Shown here one piece after another: positions 39,438 to 50,699 of a stretch of 64,000 nt of DNA. Under the pieces are notes generated by a model, which worked only from the letters and a program-made list of their open reading frames with translations, was not told where the DNA came from and made no database searches. The position numbers and the translations under genes were made by a program. The stretch's first letter is position 1, and every line of letters starts with the position of its first letter. Origin of the DNA: Eledone cirrhosa (lineage: Eukaryota); contig OZ024743.1 of the NCBI GenBank assembly GCA_964016885.1, positions 26,412,001-26,476,000 on the forward strand. The letters run 5' to 3'.

Positions 39438-39971
39438 TGTAGCGACGCTGGTTGGTCAGTCTAGTCACTACTTCTGGTCAGATCCGAGAATAGTCCTTAG
39501 GACTGTTATCGCATACGGTCTGATCAGATATGAAGATAGCCCTTAAAAGGACTGTTGTCGCATATAGCCCTTAAAAGAACTGTTGAGGATGGACAGACGA
39601 AAGCACAAGTTGAAAGGACGAAGCAGGGCGAGATGTAAATTCGATCAGCTATTTATTTTCACATGAAGCAACGATACGGGGTACAAGGCAATGCGTGTGT
39701 GAATGACAAAGCGTGGCAGAGTAAAGAAACAACGATGCGCTAGCTGACTCTGCCAAAAGTCGACTAGCGAAAGTATTAGGAACCACTCTATTTATACAGG
39801 AACAATCCTTTGTTGTTTAGTCGATGTGCAGGCGTTTATTCTGGTAGGTTCTAATTCTAGTAGGTTCTAATTCTGGTAGGTTCTAAGGGTTCTCTTGTTT
39901 CACGTTGAGTAGCTAGCTAACAGGTAGATGGCGCTGTATATTTCACAGCTGTTATTTCCGGTGGCTGTACA
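39438..39971 (-). mobile_element. Solo LTR (Gypsy-like) inserted in the low-complexity tract
   Basis: TGTA...TACA termini; 4-bp TSD GGTT (39434-39437 and 39972-39975); minus-strand TATAAATA (39796-39789) upstream of AATAAA (39657-39652). Confidence 0.85.
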
Positions 39972-42950
39972 GGTTTATGGTAGTGTTAGTGTTCAGGTTA
40001 ATGTTCGTATTAATGTCAGTTTTAGTGTTAGTGTTAGTGTTCAGGTTAGTGTTAGTGTTTACGGTAGTGTTAGTTTTAGTGTTATTTTTTCCATTAGTGT
40101 TAGTGTTTTATTTTGTGTTAATGTTTGTGTTAGTGTTTCCATTAGTGTTAGTGCTAGTCTTTGTTTTTCTGTTAATGTTAGTGTTTGTTTTAGTGTTGGG
40201 GTTAATGTTAGCTTAGTTTTCTGGTTAGTATCAGTTTTCGTGTTAGTTTTAGCGTTAGTGTTCAGGTTAGTGTTAGTTTTTATGGTAGTGTTAGTGTTAC
40301 TGTTAGTGCTCAGATCAGTGTTAGTGTTTGTGTTACTGTTTATGGTAGTGTTAGTTTTAGTGCTAGTGTTTAGGTTAATGTTAGTTTTAGTGTAAGTGTT
40401 CAAGTTAGTGTTAGTGTTCAAGTTATGTTTGTGTTAATGTTAGTTTTAGTGTTAAGGTTAGTGTTAGAGATTGTGTTAGTGTTTGTTTTTGTGTTAGTAT
40501 CTCTGTTAGCATTAGTGATTGATGTTTCCATTAGTGTTAGTGATTGTGTTAGCGTTAGTCTTTGTTTTTGTGTTAATGTTAGCATTAGTATTTCTGTTAG
40601 TGTTAGCATGAGTGTTTGTGTTAGTGTTCAGGTTAATGTTAGCTTAGTTTTCAGGTTAGTGTTAGTGTTCAAGTTAATGTTAGTTTTAGTGTTAGAGATT
40701 GTGTTAGTGTTTGTTTTTGTGTCAATATTTGTGTTAGTATCTCTGTTAGTGTTAGTTTTAGTGTAAGTGTTCAGGTTAGTGTTAGTTTTAGTGCTAAGGT
40801 TAGTGTTTGTATTTGTTTTTGTGTTAATATTTGTGTTAGTATCTCTGTTAGTGTTAGTTTTAGTGTAAGTGTTCAGGTTAGTGTTAGTGTTAAGGTTAGT
40901 GTTAGTATTTGTTTTTGTGTTAATATTTGTGATAGTATCTCTGTTAGCATTAGTGTTTGATGTTTCCATTAGTGTTAGTGATTGTGTTAGCGTTAGTCTT
41001 TGTCTTTGTGTTAAGGTTAGCATTAATGTTAGCATTAATATTTCTGTTAGTGTTAGCATTAGTGTTTATGTTAGTGTTCAGGTTAATATTAGCTTAGTTT
41101 TCAGGTTAGTGTTAGTGTTCAAGTTAATGTTAGTTTTAGTGTTAGAGATTAGTGTTAGAGATTGTGTTTGTGTTTGTTTTTGTGTTAATATTTGTGTTAG
41201 TATCTCTGTTAGTGTTAGTTTTAGTGTAAGTGTTCAGGTTAGTGTTAGTGTTAGTTTTAGTGTTAAGGTTAGTGTTAGTATTTGTTTTTGTGTTAATATT
41301 TGTGTTAGTATCTCTGTTAGCATTAGTGTTTGATGTTTCCATTAGTGTTAGTGATTGTGTTAGCGTTAGTCTTTGTTTTTGTGTTAAGGTTAGCATTGGT
41401 ATTTCTGTTAGTGTTAACATTAGTGTTTATGTTAGTGTTCAGGTTAATGTTAGCTTAGTTTTCAGGTTAGAGTTAGTGTTCAAGTTAATGTTAGTTTTAG
41501 TGTTGAGGTTAGTGTTAGAGATTGTGTTAGTGTTTGTTTTTGTGTTAATATTTGTGTTAGTATCTCTGTTAGCGTTAGTGTTTGTTTTAATGTTGAAGTT
41601 AATGTTAGCTTAGTTTTCTGGTTAGTATCAGTTTTCAGATTAGTGTTTGTGTTAGTGTTACTTTTAGTGTTAGTGCTCAGGTCAGTGTTAGTGTTTATGG
41701 TAGTGTTAGTTTTAGTCCTAGTGTTCAGGCTAATGTTTGTGCTAATGTTAGTTTTAGTGTAAGTATTCGGGTTAGTGTTAGTGTTTGTATTGGTGTTTAC
41801 GGTAGTGTTAGTTTTAGTGCTGGTGTTCAGGTTAGTGTTAGTGTCAGTTTTAGTGTTAGTGTTCAGGTTAGTGTTTGTGTTAGTTTTCAGATTTTGTGTT
41901 TGTGTTAGTTTTCATGTTAGCGCTAAGTTCACTGTTAGAGCCTGTGTGAGTGCAAGTGTTAGGGTAAGTTATTTTTAAAGTTCGGTTTTAGCTTAAAGTT
42001 AGGTTTTCTACTTTCCAGGAAAAAAGTTGATCCTCTCTAACTTGAGTGGTGTGATATAGTGTGGTAAAGTATAGTGTTTCATAGTCTTGTGTAGTGTTGT
42101 CTATTGTTGTATAGTGTAGTATGGTATATTGTTTCATAGAATGGTCTGGTGTGAGGTCGTACAGTGTTTCGTAGTGTGGTGTTGGATAATGTGGTATGGT
42201 ATTATGTTTATCAGTGTGGTGTGGTATGGTATAGGTTGATGTAGTGTGGCTTAGTTTGATTATAATAATACAAATAATAATAACAATAATAATAGTAATA
42301 ATAATTGTTCTTGTTCATTTTCTTTGTCTTCTTCTGTGCCTTTGACTTCTTCTGTGCCTTTGACTTCTTCTGTGCCTTTGACTGCTTCTGTGCCTTTGAC
42401 TTCTTCTGTGCCTTTGACTGCTTCTGTGCCTTTGACTTCTCCTCTGCCATCTAATCTAAATACCAAAAACAAAGAATGTAAAACATATATGTTGCCTATC
42501 TCTCAGACTTTACAAAGTGCTGAGGAGATAAAGTTAATTTAAAGAGCAGTGTGCTCATGCATTGTGATCCTATAATGTAGCTTATAAGCTATTTCATAAC
42601 TAAAAAACAATGTCAAACATCAACAAAAGTATATACAAATATCTTTGAATGTTTAAGTTAAACCTAAATAGATCGTATCTACAGGTCATTAGGTTAAGAC
42701 TGAACTAAGATCATATCTATAAATCATTAGGTTTAGACTGAACTGAGATCATACTTTCTTCTTCTTTTCATCATCTTCGTTTCCCGTGTCTTCTTTGTCT
42801 TTGTTGTCATTTTCATTTTAGTCGTCTGCTTAGTCGTCTTTTTCTTCTTTTCCATCTAAACATAAAAAAAAATTGTAAACAAATATATAGCTGATCTCTC
42901 AGACTTTCACGAAACACCGAGGAGATACAGTTAATATAACGAGTGGGGAG

Positions 42951-43013
<63 letters not shown>

Positions 43014-43374
43014 TATAGCATGGTGTTATGTGGTCTGGTGTGGTACAACATGGTGTGATATGGTGTGGTATGATATGGTGAGGCGGGGGGGGGGGACACA
43101 ACGTTAGATTAATGTTAACAATACACATGTAGCATCCACATGTGATGAGAAGGGGGAAACAGTGTTTAACTAATTTTAACATTACATGTAGCATCCATCT
43201 ACAGGTGAGTTAAGACTGAGGTGTAATCATATGAAAAGGTCAATTTAAAACTACACTGAGATTCTGCTTAAAATGATGGTCAATGAAGTGTTTACTTACT
43301 CAGATCCTTTGAAATAACTTTCTCTTACTGTAACTGCACATACCTACGAAATAGAAAACAGTCAAATAGACAGT

Positions 43375-43990
43375 CGTGTGGTGTGGTGTGGTGTAGTGTG
43401 GTGTGGTGTGGTGTAGTGTAGTGGAGTGTGGTGTAGTGTAGTGGAGTGTAGTGTAGTGGAGTGTGTTTTAGTGTAGTGGACAGTGGTGTGGTGTAGTGTA
43501 GTGGAGTGTGGTTTAGTGTAGTGGACAGTGGTGTGGTGTGGTGTGGTGTAGTGGACAGTGGTGTGGTGTAGTGTAGTGTAGTGGAGTGTGGTTTAGTGTA
43601 GTGGACAGTGGTTTGGTGTAGTGGAGTGTGGTTCAATGTAGGGTGGGGGATATGGTGTAGTGGAGTGTGGTGGGATGTAGTGTGGTAACAGGTGGTGTGA
43701 TGGCATGTGATGTGATGAAATGTGATGTGATGAAATGTGGTGTGGCGTGGTGAAATGAGGCGAGGCATGGTGAAATGAGGCGAGGCTTTGAAAGGCTTTG
43801 GGAGGCTTTGTGAAGTGAGGCGTGGCGTTGCGAGGCAAAGCGAGGCTTTACGAGGCGAGGCGAGGCGTGGCGATGCGAGGCGAGGTGAGGTTTGCGAGGC
43901 GAGGCGAAGTTTTGCGAGGCGAAGCGTGGCGAGGCGAGGCGAGGCTTTGCAAGGCTTTGCGAAGCAAGGCGAGGCGAGACGAGATGAGGT
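43375..43990. repeat. Pentamer satellites (GTGTA/GTGTG, then GAGGC)
   Basis: Direct inspection. Confidence 0.9.
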
Positions 43991-44360
43991 GTGCTATCAA
44001 CTAATCCAATCTCCAAGATGCTTGAAACTGACTTTTTCCCCCCAGGAAAACGGCGGGATGAGGTGGTTCCCCCTTCACCCGGATAACCCCTGCTTACTCG
44101 GAATTTTCTCTTTGATTCTATTTTCATGCGTTATCAGTGAATATGACTTCCAAACCAGTCAGAAACAACTAGCTTTGGAGAAAGAGGAGAGGGAGAGGGG
44201 AAGAGTTTTGCAGATCTACACCCCACTCACATGTTGTGGGACTTAATCATTTTCGGTATATTTCCTGTGCTATTAATTTCCTATGCTATTTCCTATGCTA
44301 TTTCCTGTGCTATTAATTAATCTGACCTCCTAGATGCTTCCAATCAACTTATTTCCCTGG

Positions 44361-44660
44361 GTTAGGTTTAGGGTTGGGGTAATGTTTAGGGTTTAGTTTT
44401 AGGGTTGGGGTAAAGTTTAGGGTTTAGTTTTAGGGTTGGGGTAATGTTTAGGGTCTAGATTTAGGTTTGGGGTAAAGTTTAGGGTTTAGTTTTAGGGTTG
44501 GGGTAATGTTTAGGGTTTAGTTTTATGGTTGAGGTATAGTTTAGGGTTTAGTTGAAGGGTTGGGGTAATGTTTATATTTAGATTTAGCTTGGTTTGGTTT
44601 AGATTTAGAGTTTAGGGTTGGGGCTAGATTTAATGTTATGTTTAATTTAGTTTTAGTTTC
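44361..44660. repeat. Telomere-like 30-bp repeat containing TTAGGG
   Basis: Unit tttagggttggggtaa(t/a)gtttagggtttag, about 7 copies, then degenerate. Confidence 0.85.
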
Positions 44661-45829
44661 CAAATCCCAGGAAAAAAATTGATTCAGAGCAACTAAAAGG
44701 TCAGATTAGTTGATAGCACTCAAAAGGAGACCGAAGAAAAATCATTAGGGTATATATCTACAAAACGACAATGGCTTTTCCACCTGCTTTACCCCTCCTT
44801 TTTTCTAGAACAACTAATCATTTCCAACTGGTTTGGAGATCATATTCGTTGATAACATACGAGAAATCTTAGAAAAATCTCTGGGGTTAAATGAGAGAAG
44901 TGCATCCACCTAAGTTTTCCATGAAGAGAGAGTCAATAACAAACATCTTGGAGATCAGATTAGTTGATAACACATGAAAAAAAGATGAGGAAAAAATTTT
45001 GGGTGTTATGTGGTGTGGAGTAGTGTGGTGTGTTTTTATGTGGTGTGATGTCGTAAGGTGTGGTGTGTTGTGTTGTGGTGTTATGTGGTGAGGAGTAGTG
45101 TGGTGTGTTTTTATGTGGAGTAGTGTGGTATGTTGTAGTGATGAGTGGTGTGTTGTGTTGTGGTGTGGAGTGGTGTGTTGTGTTGTGGTGTTATGTAGTG
45201 TGGTGTAGTGTTGTATGTTTTTATGTGGTGTGGTGTGATGTGGTGCGGTCCACTGCGATGTGGTGTGGTGCAGTGCGGTGCGGTGCAGTGTGGTGTTGTG
45301 CAGTGAGGTTCTTCATCTTTATCTTTCTCTTCTTCATCTTTGTATTCATCTTCTTTGTTTTGTCTTCCATCTAAACAAAAAAAAAATATATAAAACATAT
45401 ATGTAGCCAATCTCTCAGACTTTTACAAAGCTCCAGGGAGATAAATTTAATATAAGTGGTGTGTTCCTGAACAGAGATACTACAAAATAGCTTAAAAGCT
45501 ATATATATAAAGAAAAAGAGATGAAATCGAAAATGCAACTGAAGTCTTATTTTTTTTTTAAATATATATATTTATTTGGTTCCTTTACCGGTTTCGCAGT
45601 TCTTCTGCTTTTCAAAAGGTGAGTTGAGATGGAGGGTCTGTGGTTTTTCTCACATATATATATATATATATATATATATACACGGGTGTGTATGATTGTG
45701 TATAGAAGATTATATTAATAAAAGGAATTCCAACTTTGTCTGATTTACTCGTTTTATTTACAATCCTTTAAAATTATAATGGTATTAGAATGAAATAGTA
45801 TGGTAGAATATTAAGTGTTAAGTGTTAAT

Positions 45830-45868
45830 TGAACAAGTAATTTCATGCTTTCGCAATCTTCAGGTTCA
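45830..45868 (-). ncRNA. Second, inverted hammerhead copy with a stem III mismatch
   Basis: Reverse complement is TGAACCTGAAGATTGCGAAAGCATGAAATTACTTGTTCA, one G>T change from the 46210 copy. Confidence 0.6.
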
Positions 45869-46209
45869 TAGCTAAATGAACAATAATAATTCTTAGGGGT
45901 ATAAAAACCCTAGAAAATGTTGGTGCCCCAGCATGGCCTCAGCCGGATGGCTGAAACAGGTAAAAGAGTAAAAGAGTACATCATTTCTAAAAATAGTAAA
46001 ACAATTGATGCTGCTTCGGATAGAGCCAAATAGAAGTCGTTAGACATGCTCAATCAGCTTCAGTAATCCAGTGAAACTACACACCAATTGGTCGAAATAC
46101 AGTTTGCAAAATTTAGCATTCTGTAGCCGCTTTTCACTGTATATAAGGCACAAAATTTACCCATCTCATTACAGTTGAAAATTGCAAACTTGACTGTCAC
46201 CACAGAATA

Positions 46210-46248
46210 TGAACCTGAAGATTGCGAAAGCATGAAAGTACTTGTTCA
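46210..46248 (+). ncRNA. Minimal type I hammerhead ribozyme (Penelope pLTR type)
   Basis: TGAAC CTGAAGA TTGCGAAAGCAT GAAA GTAC TT GTTCA: stem I TGAAC/GTTCA, core CUGAAGA, stem II UGC-GAAA-GCA, GAAA, palindromic stem III AGUACU, predicted cleavage after CUU (46243). Confidence 0.75.
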
Positions 46249-46317
46249 ATTAACATTTAACACTTAATATTCTACCATACTATTCAGATTACATCTATAA
46301 AATTCAGATTACATCTA

Positions 46318-46324
46318 TATATAT

Positions 46325-46360
<36 letters not shown>

Positions 46361-46401
46361 TCATATATATACATACATACATACATACATACATACATAC
46401 A

Positions 46402-46435
<34 letters not shown>

Positions 46436-46785
46436 CAAATACACATATAAATGCATATATATACACATATACATATATATATATACATATACAATATGTA
46501 TAGGATTCCTTTCCCTTTGAGCACATAATTTACAGGGAATAACGCGACTCTATGGCTCCGTTAATTTATCTTCATATATATATATATACATATATATACA
46601 TACACACATATATATGCATACACACATATATATATATATGCATACACACACATATATATATATACATACACACACACACATATGCATACACACACATATA
46701 TGCATACATATACACATATACATACACACATATATATATAGATATACATACATATATATACATATATAGAGATTCATACATACAT

Positions 46786-46846
<61 letters not shown>

Positions 46847-46862
46847 TATATATATATATATA
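46318..46862. repeat. Compound microsatellite (TA)n/(CATA)n/(CA)n
   Basis: Direct inspection. Confidence 0.95.
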
Positions 46863-47353
46863 TGAAGTACTTGACGATGAGCATTCTAGTTGTTCAATAA
46901 ACTGATTGAATAATACAAACGATGTTTTAATATACAGATTCATTACTTGTGTATATATAATATATACAAAGCATATAAATAAATTTACAGTAGAATAACA
47001 GCAAATATGCTTTAAATATATACATAAATAACATTACCAATGCTTAAATAACATTATAAATTGCTCGTGATTCTTTCAGAAGGATATATTCCTTTAATGT
47101 TGCAATATTAAAGAAAATATACGTATATATATATACATACATATATTTATTCAACTAAGGAAAGTTGGTTGATTGAAAATCTGCCGACTCTTTCATAAGA
47201 GATGACAAACACTCAACAGTTTATGTTTATCCGGAGTTTTATTATAATAATTGTGTCTACTTTGGCACAAGGCCAGCAATTACCCAGTGTATTACTGGTA
47301 CTTTATTTTATCGACCCCATAAGGATGAAAGGCAAAGTTAACCTCGGCGGGTT

Positions 47354-47620
47354 ATAATAATAAACAAGAAAGACGGTATCATTTGCCCATCCCTATTTAT
47401 TTTATTATGCGTATTTCATTTGTATAACATCTGCCCTACGTGTTCTCATGTCAACGGATATCAACGAATATCTCATATCAACGGATATTTACATCTTGCA
47501 TGGATTTTTGTCGGAAGAAAACACGTAGGGCAGATATTATACAAATGACATATGTCTTCGAAATAAGTATAATAAAATAAATAGGGATGAATAAGTGATA
47601 CCGTCTTCTTTATTATTATA
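47354..47620. repeat. MITE-like imperfect inverted repeat (~85-95 bp arms)
   Basis: gacggtatcatttgcccatccctatttattttattat...atctgccctacgtgtt is mirrored by aacacgtagggcagat...aaatagggatgaataagtgataccgtc. Confidence 0.65.
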
Positions 47621-47625
47621 TATAT

Positions 47626-47660
<35 letters not shown>

Positions 47661-47685
47661 TAATATATATACACACACACACACA

Positions 47686-47737
<52 letters not shown>

Positions 47738-48218
47738 GTTGAAAAGGTAACACACTAAAGGCTTTATCTCACATAATATCGAGTCTATGATATTTTGATA
47801 TTATTTATTTTGAGAACAATATCTTAACATCAGTATGAGTAGCTAGTTATGGCCGGTCTGAACAGAAAGAGCTGAAAGAATTCTGGCCGGATACAGCCAG
47901 TTTAAATGCTAAAGGGTTAAATTATATTCCAAACACCAGCTTAATTATGAAAAAGTTAGTTAAATCACTCCAAATTCTTGATTATTTATAAAGATTATTT
48001 GAAACATAAACAGTGTCTTTCATTAGAAATATGGAAACAAAAGGGTTTATCTACCTAAAAATCTTCCACCATATTTTAAGAATCTTCGTTAAGTTATGTT
48101 CCAAATACCAGTGTAATTATGAGAAAGTTAGTTATATTACTAAAACACTCAAAAGTCTTCATAAATTTCGAAATTATTTGAAACTCATAAGCAGTAACTC
48201 TCCTGGTAATGAAAGGAT

Positions 48219-48642
48219 TTAACCTTTAGCATTTACATTACTCTATATATACTCTTGTATTTTTATCTAACATTATATAAAATCTATGAGATTTTGATAT
48301 TATTTATTTTGAGAACAAAACCTTAGCATAAATACAAGTGGCCAGTTACAGCTGGTTTCAACAGAAAGAGGTGAGAGAATTCTGGCCAGATACGGCCAGT
48401 TTAAATGCTACAGGGTTAACCCTTTAGCATTTACATTACTCTATATTCACTATTATATTTTCATGGTAAAGGCTTTACCTCACATAATTATCTCACATAA
48501 TATCGAATCTGAGATTTTGATATTATTTATGTTGAGAATAATACCTTAACATCAGTATGAGCAGCCGGCTACAGCCGGTTTGAACAGAAAGAGATGAGCG
48601 AATTCTGGTCAGATACAGCTGGTTTATATGCTAATGGGTTAA
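48219..48642. mobile_element. Two tandem piggyBac-like MITEs sharing one TTAA
   Basis: Junction cagggTTAAccctttagc at 48416-48419; outer TTAA at both ends. Confidence 0.7.
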
Positions 48643-49137
48643 GTAAACTGTATTCCTCAATGTTTTATCAGTAAAAAATGGAAGTATATTCGGTACTAAA
48701 TATAATTAGAGTGTGACTTTATTTCTGGAGAATTTATTTACAAATATTCAAGTTTCAAGGAATGGAATCTTGCCTAATTAGAACAAATACATGAAACCTT
48801 TTTTTTTTTTCTTCAGATCTTTCAATTTTTCCAAATATAACATGTTTTGACATAGTTTTGGTATAATTTTACTGGCTTGATAAATGTTTGTATTGAATCA
48901 TAACAATATAGTGTAGGTTGAGCTAGATACCCTTTCTAATACCAATCAAAGTAGTTGGTACTAGAAAGAGTATCTAGCTGTAGAAACCATGCCAAAACTG
49001 ACAGGAATGTATATGAAATGTGTCCCCTGTTCTATCTTAGAAAACAGTTGCTCTATTTAAGTATTTTTAACAGAGATAATTGGATGTAATATTATGGTTA
49101 TGCCCTTCTTATCACCAACAGAAGTTTGGTGAAAAGA

Positions 49138-49511
49138 GATACAAATGATCTGGAAAAACAAGAGAAGCTTGTCATGGGGTCTGTAAAGTCTAACCACTGT
49201 TTAATAAGGATGACACAAATGATCTGGGAAAACTAGAGAAGCTTGTCATGGGGTCCGTAAAGTCTAACCACTGCTTTAATAAGGATGATACAAATGATCT
49301 GGGAAAACTAGAGAAGCTTCTCATGGGGTCCGTAAAGCTAACCACTGCTTTAATAAGGACGATACATATGATCTTGGAAAACTAGAGAAGCTTGTCATGG
49401 GGTCCGTAAAGCTAACCATTGCTTTAATAAGGATGATACAGATGATCTTGGAAAACTAGAGAAGCTTGTCATGGGGTCAACAAAGCTAACCACTGCTTTA
49501 ATAAGGACGAT
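49138..49511. repeat. 74-75-bp tandem repeat, 5 units
   Basis: Units start at 49138, 49212, 49287, 49361 and 49435 (gatacaaatgatctgggaaaactagagaagcttgtcatggggtccgtaaag...aataaggat). Confidence 0.95.
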
Positions 49512-50174
49512 GTGCAGTGAACCAGTGGCCTCTGAGGGACGAGCTGCTAGAAAGGGCAGCCCAAAACCACTCAGAGAAGTGTGCTCAACCAAACAGAGGG
49601 ATAGGAAAGACTGTTATAAGGAGCGAAATATCACGATAAATTAACGGAGCCATAGACCCTCGCCATTCCCTGTAAATAATGTGCTCAAAGGAGAAGAAAT
49701 CCTGAGCTCTTTAAAATACAATATGTTGAAAAGGTAACACACTAGAGAGAGATATACAGTGCGCTATCAATAAAACAGGGAACAAACCACCAGTGTATAG
49801 AATCTATAACCTATGAAAGGCAGACTATAGATACGATAATTAAAAATATAAATTAAAGCGTAAATAAATACCTCTATAACTATATAACACACGTACAAAT
49901 CCAAAGAGATCTGTTTCGCCAGTAAGTTGTTGACAGAAATGGAATAACCCCGTTTCCTCAGCTTCAGACAACACTAAGAGAATTTTGGCGCTAAACCTTT
50001 CCTTTTGAAAGAAAAATGGCGCCAAACTTTTCCTTTTGAAAGAATAATGTGATTTGTCACGTGATTGTGTTCACGTGATATTACCTCTAAATATGTGAAT
50101 ACGTACACAGCATTCTCCTCACGAAGGGCGAGAGTGGCGATCGAAAACATATATACATATACACACAAATACAC

Positions 50175-50258
<84 letters not shown>

Positions 50259-50450
50259 TACACTAACGACCAGTACTACGATTCTGGAGGAGCGAATGAT
50301 GGAGAAGATGAAGCTCTCTGCCGCAGAATAAATGGTATTTAATTTTAATAATAATATATATATATTTCTTAATTGAATTGATTATCATTATCATTTTTAT
50401 GGCAAAAGATAGACAAAGAGGGAAAGAGATAGACAGAGGGAAAGATTTTG

Positions 50451-50507
<57 letters not shown>

Positions 50508-50699
50508 AGAAAGAAGAGAAAAAAACAAGACCCTTAGAAACGAATAAGAGTCATCAAAGCGATCATATGCATTGCTTTAAACTGTAATGCGAAGGGATAC
50601 GCTAGTATTTGAGGTACCATCATTTGGGATTTTAACCCTCGGACTTTTCCCTCCCGGTTTTGAAATTTAGGGAAAATTTAGGGGTGACTGGGAATATTA

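Larger units (their letters stand above)
36790..42030. repeat. 5.2-kb degenerate hexamer satellite (GTTAGT/GTCAGC types)
   Basis: Strong 6-bp periodicity throughout, with larger internal duplications between 40400 and 41600. Confidence 0.9.

Noticed and set aside
44361-44660. True telomere or chromosome end
   Set aside because: TTAGGG occurs only within a short interstitial 30-mer array flanked by inverted arms.
46284-46943. ORFs of YIYI/CVCV type here and elsewhere
   Set aside because: Translations of microsatellites.
49138-49511. CRISPR-like array
   Set aside because: Units are contiguous with no unique spacers, there are no cas genes, and the context is eukaryotic.
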